Shown: positions 13,069-26,695, counted from the first letter of the whole stretch. The stretch is DNA of 62,941 bases, filler included, from Phoronis australis (GCA_002633005.1; 9 parts of 9 records of this genome joined end to end with filler, not necessarily neighbours in it), one strand, 5' to 3'. Numbers and translations: made by a program. Notes: generated by a model not told the origin, from the sequence alone.

Positions 13069-14910
13069 TATTGAAAGATAATTTGCCTTGTTAAGAACTC
13101 AAACATGAAACAAAACCGTGATAGATTTTGAAGGGAGCTTCAAAAGAATAAAAACAAATACATTTTAATATTGATTAAAATACACATTTTCATTCTCATT
13201 CGATTATAAGTGGATATTAGTTTACGTAATCTAACCATTTTCAATCACACAGTAATTTTATTGCACGTTGAACGTCATTAAAGTATGAATTCATCATTGT
13301 TTACATGCATGTGATTTGTTAAATGTAATGGGTAACTCGATGTCCAGTAGGTGGAGCTAATGAATAATAGGTCCTCTTTATTTCCTGAATGGATTGAGTC
13401 AAGAAAACTGTTCATCTATGTGGGGTGTTGGTTGCTTGAGAGTCCTATGCTCGAATTAATACAAAGTTTAGGAACCGTTATCTCCCCGGCGTCCAGTCAT
13501 TTCAAGGATACCATTTTATTTTTGTTCACCCTTCATGTATTCAAATATGGTGCTACACCTTGTTTGTAAAACCGACCAAGATCAAAATCTTGGGCCATGC
13601 TTGAAAAGCCTGATTTTTTCTCCTTTACCTTACAGCTGATTGAAATAGTGTTGCATAAGTGGTACTTAATTTTTTATTCTTATTTGAAAATGATAGTCTA
13701 GGCTCACTCTAGACGCTCGCCAGCTTGCCATTAGCGAACTCTGAGTGGCACTGGCGATGGGAGAGCTCAGTCCATTCCCCAACTTGGTGAATGCTGTTGC
13801 AACTTGACAAGAAAAATTAATTTTGAGGAACCAACTCTCATGTCAACTCACAGTCGGCTCAAAATCGCGCTGCAAACGACATTCTTACTTCAGTTCCAAG
13901 TCCTAAAAATAGCAAGCTAGTGTTCCATTTCCTGTCCATCACTCCCCTGAAATCATGAAATTATTCTTTACCGCAATGAAATGTTCAATTGTGGGAGGGG
14001 GGCATCACTCTTGTTAATGACAATTTCTCGCTTCATAGCGAGATTCTGTGTTGGTGCTGCCGCTTGTCGTCTGCAAGTGACAATGTCAAGACTATTTCAG
14101 CGGCGGCCGAAAGACAGCAAATTAAAGTAAATGTTAATTTGTTACTTAATGAGTTTTATATCCACTACTCTGCACGATTCAGCTTTATTTTGCAAGCCAT
14201 AAATTATGTTAATGTTTTTGGACCTAAATGTCTTGCTCATCAAAATGCCCACAAGGCTGGCGTAGCCCCGATGCGCGGGAATAGGGGGAATCCCTGCCCA
14301 ATTTTTTTTAGGTCAACATCATGTCCACGTGGCCAGCGTACCCCTGCCATAACCGGGGGATAGGGAGAAAAATAGATAAAAGTTTTCAGATTTTTTAGCC
14401 ATTTTGACCAATAGCTTTAAAGTCTAGTAGTGCGAGCCTAGATAGTGACCACCTCTACGAGTAAAAATGATGTACGGTAGTTGTTTTTGTGAATTAGAAG
14501 AAATTAAGGTATAAATGTGAAAAAAACACTCAATTTGCACCACGTTAAGAGTTTTGCCTGGAGGGAGAATGCTGTACATGTTCGGGGATGAAATTATAGT
14601 TGTTGTACTTGTAATGATAAACATGTATTCTGGTGCGTGTTAAATTGAACTCTTATTAGTGAACGGTAAAGGTGTGACTGCATGTGACGTTAGACATTGC
14701 TTTCAGGGTATTACCTACTATGCCTAGTAAAACTAGCACAACTCAAATCCAACTGAACTGAGAGATTTCAGTCATCAGAGTGTGCTAAAATCACCAATTT
14801 AGGGCACAATATGGCGGACAAATTAAATTTTATTTTCTGATTTTTCCATAAAACGTATGCAGCACAAAACTGACTCTCGTCTTTGTTCAAGTTCTTTACC
14901 ACAGCATCCT

Positions 14911-15097
14911 CGCGACAATGTTGAGAATCTAAGGCATTCGTGACAATGTGTTGATAATCTAAGGCATTCGTGACAATGTGTTGAGAATCTAAGGCATGCG
15001 TGACAATGTGTTGAGAGTTTAAGGCATTCTCGACAATGTGTTGATAATCTAAGGCATTTGCGACAATGTGTTGAGAATCTAAGGCATTCGCGACAAT
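14911..15097. repeat. 30-bp minisatellite, about 6 copies
   Basis: Unit (C/T)GACAATGTGTTGAGAATCTAAGGCATTCG. Confidence 0.9.
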
Positions 15098-15469
15098 ACT
15101 GGAACCCCTTGGAATATAAGAAAATGGCAATTTTTGTGATTATTTTTGTTTGAAGTTGATGAGATTTTACGTAAGGCAATATCTGGCTTATCTGAAGGTC
15201 TAACAAATCATACCACAGAGCTTTTTCCATTCATGCAATGGTCTGACTCAATAGCTGGTTTTGCTGTACTTTGCGGTGCTGCTTATAAAATAGAAGATGG
15301 CAAGCATAGTGGTGGAGATCATGAGGCCTGAATGCCTTCCCATTTATTGCAGCTGCCTTTGCATTCCCTGCTGAGGAATGGAAACGTATATCAGAGGAAC
15401 ACATTGAACAAGTGAGGGCGCTCCAGAAGAAGTATGAAACCAGAATGAGAGCTAATCATGTAAGTACAG

Positions 15470-16352
15470 TTAAAGTCCTTGTTGCAAACTGCCCATGTGG
15501 TTCTAGTATCCGAAAATACTTACTACATAAATTCTTATTTTCGACACCCTTTCTTTATATTCTTTTCGCCTTTCTTGCCAAAAGCGATTTTTAACAGTAT
15601 TTGACCCTTCTCTGTGAGCGTATGATTACCGGTTGTCATCGATTATTTCCGTACCCACATTTCCGGCTCATCAGTTCAGGAACTTGTCCTTTTACCGGTT
15701 GTCATCGGTTATTTCCGTACCCACATTTCCGGCTCATCAGTTCAGGAACTTGTCCTGAACGCCGCCACTTTTTCCTTGTAACTGAATGTGTTATGGCTTG
15801 CTCGAAAAGTTTTCATTATTTTGTTTTATTAGTAATATATCGTGACTCGTTTGCATATGTAGTGTATTTATAGTTTGTAGTTTGTGGTCGTTGATTTTTT
15901 TTGGAATGTTACACGTACTTAGTATGTTAAAATAGCATTGGTGTTTAGTTCCTTGCGTAGGCCGGTCGAACCTAGGAACCAATATGGGTCGAACCTATTT
16001 TTTTAGTTTTATTTTTTCCTCGTTTTGAAAAAGTACTTTGCTATCATCGGAAAGGTAGTACATTCTACTCAGTAAAAATCGAAAAAGTATCAAAATCGGG
16101 GCAAGCACTGTAAAGTTATTGCAAGTTTTGTGGCGAAATTAGGGTCACTGTTTGGATCGCGTCGGCCATATTGGAGGACAGCGGGATGAGTTACGAGTTT
16201 AAAACTTTGTGTAAATTGTTTTCGTGCGAAATTTGGGTCACTTTGTTTGGATCGCGTCGGCCATATTGGAGGACAGCGGGATGAGTTACGAGTTTAAGAC
16301 TTTGTGTAAATTGTTTTCGCCAACAAATTACGGTAAAATTTAGTTAGACATA
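15470..16352 (+). mobile_element. Non-autonomous interspersed element, copy 1 (TTAA-flanked, Kolobok-like left end)
   Basis: Near-identical to 51844-52540; both start TTAA|AGTCCTT.TTGCAAACT.CCCATGTGG; this copy has two internal duplications (about 15626-15755 and 16130-16318). Confidence 0.8.
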
Positions 16353-16747
16353 TCTTTGCTCCAATGGCCCGAAATCAACTTTGAAAAAACATAGTGCAAA
16401 GTTCGGCAAATTATCCCATAAGAAACATTGTGTGTTTCCACCTTCGTTCACTAATTTCGTTGCGTTTTAATTATTACAGTATCGCGGCAATACGCTGATC
16501 TCCCAGCACGAATTATGAGCCGCACTATTGGACGTACACGTCAGGCGTGCGTTCAAAACAAGTTGGAAAGTCGCTAAAACAAGACAGCTAAGTCGATATA
16601 ACGAGATAATATTTCGTAATGTCAAGATAGTAAGTCGTTATAATGAGATAGCTATGTCGTTAGGACGAGATGGTATATCGAGATAGTATCTCGTTGTATT
16701 GAGATAGCATCCTTATAGCGAGAAGCCAAGTCGTTGTAACGAGATAA

Positions 16748-16847
16748 NNNNNNNNNNNNNNNNNNNNNNNNNNNNNNNNNNNNNNNNNNNNTTAATTAAT
16801 TAANNNNNNNNNNNNNNNNNNNNNNNNNNNNNNNNNNNNNNNNNNNN
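16748..16847. other. Artificial contig spacer (44N-TTAATTAATTAA-44N); same spacer at 26952, 36242, 47019, 49747, 53152, 55969 and 58634
   Basis: Identical 100-nt construct eight times; TTAATTAATTAA gives stops in all six frames. Confidence 0.95.
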
Positions 16848-17950
16848 CACTGGCCTCCACTGGCCGCCAGTTTCCTCCACTGGCCTCCACTGGCCTCCAC
16901 TGGCCTCCATTGGCCTCCACTGGCCTCCACTGGCCTCCACTGGCCTCCACTGGATTCCACTGGCCTCCACTGGCTTCCACTGGCCTCCACGGGCCTCAAT
17001 TGGCCAGGACTGGCCTCTACTGGCCTCCACTGGCCTCCACTGGCCTCCACTGTCCTCCACTGGCCAAGACTGTCCTCAACTGCCCTCCACTGGCCCCCAA
17101 TGGCCTCCACTGGCCTCCACTGGCATACAATGGCCTCCACTGGCATCCACTGGCCTCCAATGGCTTCCACTGGTCTCCACTGGCGTCCTTTGGCCTCCAC
17201 TTGCGTCCACTGGCCTCCGCTGGCCTCCACTGGCCTCCACTGGTCGCCACTGGCCTCCACTGGCCTCCACTGGCCTCCACTGACCTCCACTTGCGTCCAC
17301 CGACCTCCACTGTCCTGAACTGGCCTCCACTGGCGTATAATGGCCTCCACTGGCTTCCACTTGCCTCCACTGGCCTCCAGGGTCCTGCACTGGCCTCCAC
17401 GTGCCTATACTGGCCTCCACTGGCCTCCACTGGCCTCCGCTGGCCTCCACTGGCCGCCACTGCCCTCCACTGTCCTCCACTGGCCTCCACTGGCCTCCAC
17501 TGGATTCCACTGGCCTCCACTGGCTTCCACTGGCCTGCACGGGCCTCCATTGGCCAAGACTGGCCTCCACTGGCCTCCACTGGCCTCCACTGGCCTCCAC
17601 TGGCCTCCACTGGCCTCCACTGGCCTCCACTGGCCTCCACTGGCATCCACTGGACTCCACTGGCCTCCACTTGCCTCCACTGGCCTCCACTTGCTTCCAG
17701 TGTCCTGCACTGGCCTCCACGTGCCTATACTGGCCTCCACTGGCCTCCACTGGCCTCCACTGGCTCCCACTGGCTTCCACTGGCCTCAACTGGCCTCCAC
17801 TGTCCTCCACTGGCCTTCACTGGCCTCAACTGGCCTCTACTGGCCTCCACTTGCCTCCACTGGCCTCCACTGGCATCCACTGACCTCCACTTGCCTCCGC
17901 TGGACTCCACTGGCCTCCGCTGGCCTCCACTGGCCTCCACTGGCCTCCAC
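16848..17950. repeat. 10-bp minisatellite (TGGCCTCCAC)n, about 110 copies
   Basis: Direct reading; explains all ASTGLHWPPL / WRPVEASGGQ ORFs. Confidence 0.97.
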
Positions 17951-17953
17951 TAG

Positions 17954-19547
17954 ACAATGAGAGTATTTAAGACAATCAAAAAAATGACATGATTAAGACA
18001 GGCAGGGTATAAAAGGTTAAGTAAATTACAGCCACTTTTTAACATTAACTTTAAAGGTAGTAATTGAATTGGATCGTTTAGTTTCTGGCTAAAAGATTTC
18101 CATATTATAGCAGCTGCATAGATAAAAGATCTCTTGCCCGTCTCGGTTTTAATTTTTTTAGAAGAAACATTGCCAGCAACAGAAGAACGTGTAGAGTAAA
18201 CAGCCTGACTGCTATTGAATTTACTGCTGAGATATGCTGGAGCCAAGCCATTGATACATCTGTGTATACACAACAGGCAGAGAGATATTTATTTCTTTGT
18301 CTTACTTTCATAAATCCCAGCTTGGAATACAAGTCGTCAGCCCTAGTGTCCCTAATTTTAGTACCCAGGATAGCCCTGGCGGCTCTATTTTGGATTACTT
18401 GGACTTTGTTTACAAGTGTGTCACTAGTGTGCCCCCAAACCGGTAAACAATAATCAATATGAGGCTGAATAATAGAATGGTAAAGGGTCTTAAGAGTAAG
18501 AAATTTGCCTACACGTTTAAGTACACCGATTTTCTTTGATAATTTTTTGTGATATGATCTATGTGCATATTAAATTTAAGATTGGGATCTAAAGTAAGGC
18601 CCAAGTACTTAAACTTGTCAACATTCTCGATGGGAGAACCGTTGATACAAAGGTATAGTTTTTGTTGTTTTAATTTTTGGTGGGTTCCAAACAGCATCGA
18701 CTTGGTTTTATTAAAGTTAAGAGTGAGTTTATTTTGAATCAGCCAGTCATGGATAATGGCTAGCTCATTGTTGAGAGAAGTTTCGAGTTCTTTTACGGAT
18801 CCAGCTGTGGACATAATTGCAGTGTTATCAGCGTATAAAACTGGGACACTGTTGTGGAGGACAGTAGGGAGGTCGTTAACAAAAATAGTGAATAATAGAG
18901 GGCCCAAGATGGAACCCTGAGGTACCCCCGTGATTACGGTTGAGTAGTCAGAAAGTATACCACCGTATTTGGTGGCATGTTTACGGTCGTATAAGTAGTT
19001 TCTAAACCAAAGGAGTTCGTTATCATTAACTCCATATGACTCTAGTTTCTGCAATAGGATACCATGGTCCACAGTGTCAAAGGCTTTTTTAAGGTCAACA
19101 AAGACAGCACCAGTTACCCTCCCCTGATCCATATTATTAAAGATAAACTCAGTAGCATGAATGTTTGTAGTAAGAGTGGAATGCAAGGGGCGAAAACCAG
19201 GCTGTGCTGCCGAGAGAAGGGAATTTTGCTCCAGGAACTGGTGAAGCTGCTTTTGAACACACCTTTCAAGAATTTTGAACACTGCAGGGAGGACCGATAT
19301 TGGTCTATAATTTTCGGAACTTGACTTTTCACCATCTTTAAAAACAGGAGTACCAACTGCCATCTTCCATTCTCTAGGAATTGTGGCCGTTTTTAAATTA
19401 AATTCATGATGTTGGTAAGGGGCTCAGCTATTTCTTGAGACGGCAGTTTTAATAGTTTGGCATCAATGCTATCGATGCCACTGGCACTACTAGAGTTCAA
19501 GGTTTTTATTTGTTCTCGGACGTAGCCAACTTGAATGTCTTGAAACT
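17954..19547 (-). mobile_element. 5'-truncated, decayed CR1-group (CR1/L2/Crack-like) LINE ORF2, RT plus C-terminus
   Basis: NYRPISVL, FVDLKKAFDTVDH, GVPQGSILGPLLF, YADN (catalytic YADD mutated, 18824-18835), FKYLG, downstream GLAPAYL and KRSF; at least three frameshifts. Confidence 0.95.
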
Positions 19548-21455
19548 CTCTCCGCCAATCCCCGCCTCTACTGGCCTCTCCTCGCCTCTCTTGGCTTTTC
19601 CTCTCCTCTCTTCGCCTCTCCTAGAATCTCCTGTCTTCTCCTGGCCTCTCCTCGCCTCGCCTGGGCTCTCCTCGCCTCCCTTTGCATCTCCTGCTTTCTC
19701 CTCGGATCGACTCTTCTATCCTCTCCTCTCCTGAGCTATCCTGGCCTGTCCTCGCCTCTCCTGGCCTGTATTGGACTCTCCTAGCCTCTGTTGAACACTC
19801 CTAGATTCTCCTGTCCTCTCCTGGCCTATCCTCGCCTCTCATGGCCTCTGCTCTCCTCTCCTGGCCTCTCAAGGCCTTTGCTTGCATTTCCTCGTCTCTC
19901 CTCCCCTCCCTGGCCTTTCCTCGCCTTCAATCGCCTGTCCTCGCCTCTCCTAGCCTGTATTGGCATCTTCTGGCCTGTCTTGGTCATTCCTGGCCTATGG
20001 TGGACTCTCCTAGCTTCTCCTGACCTCTCCTGGCTTGTCTTAGCCTTTCCTCGCCTATCCTGGCATCTCCTTGTCCCTCCTGGCCTATCTTCGCCTATCC
20101 TGACCTCTCCTGTCCTCTCGTGCCCCCCCCCCCTTGGCCTCTTATGGCTTCTCATGGTCTCTCCTGTCCTCTCTTCGCCTCTCCTCGCCCCTGCTGGTCT
20201 CTACTATCCTCTCCTTGCCTCCTCACGCTTTGCCTCGCGTCTCGTGAAATCTATTGACCTCTTCTGGTCTCTCCTCGCCTCTTCTCCCCTCCAATGGCTC
20301 CTGGCCTCTTCTCCAATGTCCTGGCCTCTCCTTGATTCCCTTCGCCTCTCCTTGCATCTCCTGGCCTCTCCTAGCATCTCCTGGCCTCTGCTCGTCTCTC
20401 TTCACATCTCCTGGCCTTTTTTGGCCTCTCCTTGCCCCTCTTCGCCTCTCCTTGCCCTTCCTCGCCTCTCCTCTCCCCAACTCTCATGACCTCTCCTCGC
20501 ATCTCTTCGCCACTCCTTGCCTCTCCTCGCCTATCTTTACCTCTCCTGGCCTCTGCTGGAAATTCGTGGCTCCTGGCCTATAATGGCATCTCCTCGCCTC
20601 TACTGGCCCCTGTTCGCCTCTCCTGGCATCTCCTGGACACTCCTGGCCTCTCTTCAGCTCTCTTGGCCACGCCTTTCCTTTCCTCGCCTCTTCTGTTATT
20701 TCCTGGCCTCTCTTCTCCTATCCTGGCATCTCCTGGCCTCTCCTCCCGTCTCCTCGCCACTCTTCGCCTCTACTGGCCTCTCCTCGCCTATCCTGGCATT
20801 TCCTGGCCTCTCCTGGTCCAGGAGAGTCCAATGGACTCGCCTGGCTTCACCTGACATCTCCCGGCCCCTCCTGGCTCCTCCTGTCCTCTTCCCGCCTCTC
20901 CTGACCTCTCCTCACCTTTTCTAACGTCTACTGTCCTAACCTCTACTGGCCTTTCCTTGCCTCTCCTCGGCTGTCCTGGGCTCTCCTGGTTTCTGCCGCC
21001 CTCTCCTCGCCTCTTCTGGCCCTACTATCCTCTCCTTGCCTCTCCTCGCTTCGCCTCACCTCTCGTGAACTCTCTTGGCCTCTTCTGGCTTTTGCTTGCC
21101 TCTTCTGGCTTCTCCTGGCGTTTCCTGGCCTCTTCTTGCTTCTCCTGGCATCTCCTGGCTTCTTCTGGTCTCTCCTTCCCTTTCCTGGTCTCTCGTGGCA
21201 TCTCCTCGCCTCCCGTGACCTCTAGTCGCCTCTCCTGGCCTCTTCTCGTCTCTCCTCCCCTCTCATCGCCTCCCCTTCCCTCTGATCCCCTCTCCTAGCC
21301 TCTTCTGATCTCTCCTGTCCTCTCCTGGCCTATCCTGACGTTTCCTGTTCTGTCATCGCCCCTCCTCGCCTTTCCTGGCCTCTCATGGCTCCTGGCCCTT
21401 TGTGGCACCTCTTGGATACTCCTTGCTTCCTCTTGCCTCTCCTGGCCTCTCCTCG
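19548..21455. repeat. Degenerate 10-bp pyrimidine-rich minisatellite (TGGCCTCTCC / TCGCCTCTCC)n
   Basis: 10-bp periodicity visible throughout; source of the SPLLASPGLS ORFs. Confidence 0.9.
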
Positions 21456-21799
21456 TGTCTTGTGTGCTGCACTATATAGTGCTGCTCCGCCCATGGAGTC
21501 ACTTTTCTTTTCATGTTTGCAGTGAACATCAGGCATCTGTTGCATGGTTTGCAAGACTTTGTCAAAACATAGATTATACACTAGCTTAACGAGTATCAAG
21601 TACGCAATTCCCGGAGGCACGCGCGACTCGCGCTTCATCAACGCCTGTAACTAAACTACTACGAGAGCATGAGAGACCGGAGACATTCTATGTACAGCGG
21701 GAGTAAAGGGACCTCACCATTTTGTGAGCTTTCCTTTAAACCGAACTTCCTTAGCGGGAACAGTTTTATCCATATTCTTCCTGGCACAGCTTCTATTGT

Positions 21800-22330
21800 G
21801 AGTACACCGGAGGTGCTGTGCCACTGTGGTGCTTGTACGGCATATAACCGCAGTGGCAACGCTATGATCGTCGTGGTTTCTTAGTGGTTCTGCTATTGAT
21901 TTCCGTAGCACCGCGAAAAACTGTCAAACCACTGACATTCGCAGGGGCACGGTGGAAACTTTAAACATGTTCAAAACTTTTGCGGGGCCACCGCGGGTTG
22001 GGCCAATCCGCAGTGGGATCGCCGAACACCGGCATAACCGCCTACCTTCCGCAGTACAACCGCCGTGCAATCGCCGAAAACGTAGACTGACGACTCTACG
22101 GCGATTCCGTGGCGGTTCTACTGCGATTATAGCAACCAGGGTGCTACCATGGGGGCACTGCGGGTATGGGGGTACCACTGTGGAGCCACGGAGGAATTTT
22201 AGAATAGTTGGTGATCTTACTGCGGTGCCTCTGCATTGCTACGGCGGTGTTATTAAGGTGCTTATACGGCAATGGCGTTTCCACTGATGTTGCACTCAGG
22301 TGCTTGCACGGTGCTACTGCTGGTCTATTT
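21800..22330. repeat. GC-rich non-autonomous element with near-palindromic AAACTTTAAACATGTTCAAAACTTT core
   Basis: Near-palindrome at about 21955-21980 amid short ACCG/CGGT repeats; resembles invertebrate Harbinger-type MITEs (recollection, unverified). Confidence 0.4.
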
Positions 22331-22949
22331 TGTAGTATAACATCGGTTTTCTGCTTAAATTTCAGTGCTCTGAAATTCTTCAAATAGTTCAGATCGACAG
22401 TCAGTATTGAAAGCTCAACAGAATGAGACATAACAACAGAAATTTGGTCGTCACACAGCAGCTGCTGCATGTACAGCAACAGAAGCCAGAAGATGAGCAA
22501 GCAATGATCGGGCAGCTTAACGCCTATCTTCAGCGGTAACACCTGTAAATTTGGTTCTTACAGTTAAGAGCATCACTCTGAACCCGCTAGTACCATAAAT
22601 TGCCAAATGTAACAACTGTTAGGCGTATTGGCTGGCTTTTATGTACGTCACCGCGAGAATCACCTTTTATTTCAAACAGCTGCGAATAATACCCGCACGC
22701 AATGGTGTTCTATTCAGACCCCTATTCAGTACAACCTTTTGTTGTTTGTGCTGGGATCCCGCGGTGACGCCACATGGCACGAAAAGGCAGCTTCACTTAT
22801 GATTTGATGGGGTTGCATCTGCATGATTGAACTCGCGTTTTCTTATTTTACTACGGCTTAGCTGGGACTATCTGGTTAACCCAATACATAAAATAACAAA
22901 ATTCCGTTGAAGTCAGACTTCTTCACCCGTGTAGTACGCAAGGGAACCA

Positions 22950-24200
22950 GGGCAAGCAAACAATTCAGTTTTGAAGAACAAAAATTCATTACGCAATACT
23001 AGTGAAAATTAGAAAACACCAAGGAATTGCAAAGACAACCTTTCCAAGCAATGAGTTTGATAATATTTATTCAAGGACTTTTAAAACTTTTTTCGATCTT
23101 AGGTCTGTGAGTTTAAACCACTAATCTAACTAATAAGTCAACGAGCAATTTATTGTCATTTGAATTATGAGAACATTTTGGGACACTTTGTAGAGCTGAC
23201 CGACATTTATCAATATCCTTGAGACTTATTTCAAATAGAAAAAAGTAGTAGTGTGTATTTTGTTATTTGTGAATCTGATGATAGATCGAAATTTCCCAAT
23301 GTCAGCCAACAACTAAGTTCACTGAAGCATCGTCATTTATTAAAAGACTCGCTTCTAATTGCCAAAAATCATCTAATACGATCAGTCGATTTTCGTTGAT
23401 ACATCAACATGTAAATCAACCATCGATTCCATTAGCAATGCGTTTACATGGATTTAATGACTCAAATCCTTTTTGATCTCCTGTTTGTGACTTTATACGA
23501 CAAATCTTGCACCTAAGTTGAAAAGCAATGCATTTATTGCCATTTGAATAGTGAGTATATTTTTGGAAATTATCATCAATGTTTTTGAGAGTTATTTTAG
23601 ATAGGCAAAATCGTCTAAGTGTAGTTTACTCTTTGGGCGTCGGATTATAGAGTTTTCCAACTTCAAGCTTCAACTAAATTCACTGAAACATCATCGATTC
23701 TTACAAGATTAGCTTCTAATTGTCAAAAATAATCTATGAATCTATCTATTTTCGTAAATACATAAACAACCTTCGAGATGCGCAGCCACGTCTATTACAC
23801 CACAAAAATGGCACGATTATTTTAAGAGTATATTTCCTTCCATCAAAACCATCTAACTCTACTTCCCATTTAGACTCTGACTCGGAAGGTGTTTACAACC
23901 CTTCACGTCTTTCCGTAAGTAGTTGCTAAAGGCATACAAGAAGAATAGACATTAACACTTTTAAATTTACTTTGAAATAGATTTTTTTGAAACATTCTGA
24001 GACAAAAATGCCATTATAGTCTGCAAAGTTGGTTTTTACATCGAACCAATTTATCATATGGTCTAAACCAACGAGATCGCCATCTGAGGTATACATATCA
24101 CTGATAAACCTTACGCCTTTTACAAACCAAGACTTATAAAAACACTTGTGATTTCGATGCATGTTAGGAAGAATGCGTGACATTTTATGGATGCATTGCA
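22950..24200 (-). mobile_element. Decayed L1/Tx1-clade LINE 3' region
   Basis: FYKSWFVKGVRFISDM..DG..KTNFADYNG and KWEVEL resemble the post-RT region of L1/Tx1 ORF2; internal duplication; an inverted homologue lies at 47940-48335. Confidence 0.65.
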
Positions 24201-24749
24201 ACAAATCGTTGCCTTTGGCGAACTGGTATAATTTCATTTACACGTTCAGTTAGGCCTAGTTATCACATTTGATGGATTAAACAACTAGACCGCACTTCTT
24301 GAAAATCAATGAGCACCTAGCATTTAAGGGTCAATATTTGTATATCTTTGCATATTGAAGATCAATTTATTTGTCACAATTTCCAGATTGATGGGTTGAT
24401 TACTCTTTCATTCTATGCATTCTATGGATCATGTCACATTTTCAAATTCATTGGTTAGTAATAAAAATACTCAACAGGGTCGCCGGTATGGTAGGCGGTG
24501 AAAACATAAAAATTTAAACTGAAATATTAAGCTGCGCTGCCTCATTTCATTTTCGGACAGCCAGGAATGGTTTCCAGTAAATGAAAATTCAACATTTACG
24601 AATTGTTGTTTTCAGATTCTGTGAAATTGACAATTTTAGCAAACGCACCTGTGATTAACGCCTAACAAGAGCAATGCGTAGCGTTGAATTGCACCCACGA
24701 ACACCACAAACAGTGTGTTTCCAGGGTTGCTTATCTGTATTATAAAAAT

Positions 24750-25420
24750 GACCACTTTATGGCGCAAAATACACCACATACATCCAAAAACGACAACATG
24801 CCACCATTTCTTTAATAGAGAGCTATTTACCAAATTTCATAAAAATCTGTCAAAGAACTCAAGAGAAACAAAGGAAAACAGAAAAAATGAAACTGCCACT
24901 AGGGGGCACAGCGTTCGTAGCATCCGTCTTGAAAGTCATCATCCGTTGTTAACTTCATACAAACACACTTACTAAATTTAATAAAGATCCAGCTGTGGGT
25001 TTAGGAAATACAGCTATGGGCGCAAAACAAAACTGCAACTAGGAGGCCACACAATAGTCGAAGTTGTCATCGTCAACCGTCCTCTTCACACTGAGAACAT
25101 ATACACCAATTTTCACAATTATCTTTAAAATGATTTGGTTGATAGAGGAGCGTATGCCAAAAGCAGATTCAAAAACGGCAAAAATGGTCACTAGGTGGAG
25201 CAAAATACCTTGAATCTATTAGAAAACGGGAAGAGCGTCATCTCATCAACACATGCCTAAATTCAAATTTTATGGAAATCGGTTGAAGACCTTTGAAAAT
25301 ACAGAGGTAAACATAAAAAACTAAAATTGCCACTAAAGGGCACACCGGTACTCAGAGCCGTCCGAAAATTGTCCTCATCCTTAGAGTGGTTTGGTTGATG
25401 GATTAGTCGGTGGGCCAGAT
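24750..25420. repeat. Diverged ~145-bp tandem array carrying CCACTAGGGGGCAC-like motifs
   Basis: Motifs at 24896, 25036, 25188 and 25330. Confidence 0.55.
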
Positions 25421-26695
25421 CTCATAGCGTTCATCCTTGTGAGTACTTTGGGGGGGGGCAACCTAGTTTTTTCTATGTGGCTAGATAATATACCTATAAA
25501 TCAAATTCCAAAAAGTTCCCACGTCTACACTTGCACATTTTTTTAAAAAAAGGTGTTTTTGTTGCACAAAATATGATGCACATTCCTGCCACTTGATGGC
25601 GCTTTTCTATTGAATTGACCAATCAGAGAGCCAGATTGTATTGTTGTGCTTAGTTACTTCAATATGGCTGCTCCTGTGCTGCGCGTTTTGTTGATCTGCG
25701 CTATATGCGGATGACGTCATCAAAACCGGGGTAAATCCATATATTGCGCAGGCCCGTTTGTGGATTCCTAAAACGCGCAACACTTTAGGAATCGTGCCGA
25801 TTTACGGGTAATAGAACAGGAAATGCTTCGTATGATAATAATTCGATGATAATAGTCCAAAATTATGCGTTTTACATTAATTAATAGATTTTGGTCGCAT
25901 TTCCTGAATTTTTTTGATGATTTCGTGATGCCCCTACTGAACGCTGATTTTACTATATATACATGTACGTTATATGTAGGAATACAAATTGTCGAGGACG
26001 TATGCCTCATTTATTCAAAACTTATTTAGGCATCTACATGGTATAAATGACGTTTGTGTTGTTCATAATGCCAAGCGAGCAGGGCATTGTATGAGGATTT
26101 TCGTTGTACGTATTCTAATTACCGTCGCGTACGGCGTCAGTAATTTGCCCTTGTTGATTGATTTTCCGCGCAGAGTTGTCTAAATGATTTAGGCAGATTA
26201 CACAGCAAACAGGTAAACGGTTAAAACTTTGATCACCAACATCGCCGAAAGCATTGTTACCGGCTCCTTAAGGCCGCTCTTTTATTAACTACACAGCAAG
26301 AGATAGGTTTACATCACACCACTACGGCCGGGCGATTAACTGTGATTATGGAGGACCGCTACTCTTTTAGTTTGGCAGTTATGGCCTATACTCCTCAAAG
26401 GAATGTCAACAACAAACCTGAATAGCAAATTCAGCCAAATCATTTATTCTCATTGGTCAGAGTCACTCGATGTAGTGTGATTGGCAATTCTGTGGATTTT
26501 TTCTGCCCCAGTACAATAAAATGTGACAGCAGTACAGTATGCGGTGGATCGAACAGATTACTATGTCGAAGCGAATTCTGATCCTTGGGAGCAGCCACGT
26601 ACGTCGACTCCGCGACTACAAGTTGCGAGAGCCGTCCGACGTGTGATGCCTGTATAATTCAAGGTTTATCAAACAGCACAAAATTGTGATGTAAG

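Noticed and set aside
14911-15097. 30-bp repeats resembling a CRISPR array
   Set aside because: Head-to-tail units with no unique spacers, no cas genes, eukaryotic context.
16792-17960. Long repetitive ORFs up to 347 aa
   Set aside because: Translations of a 10-bp minisatellite open in many frames on both strands.
19510-21641. Leu/Ser/Pro-rich and Arg/Gly-rich ORFs
   Set aside because: Degenerate minisatellite translations.
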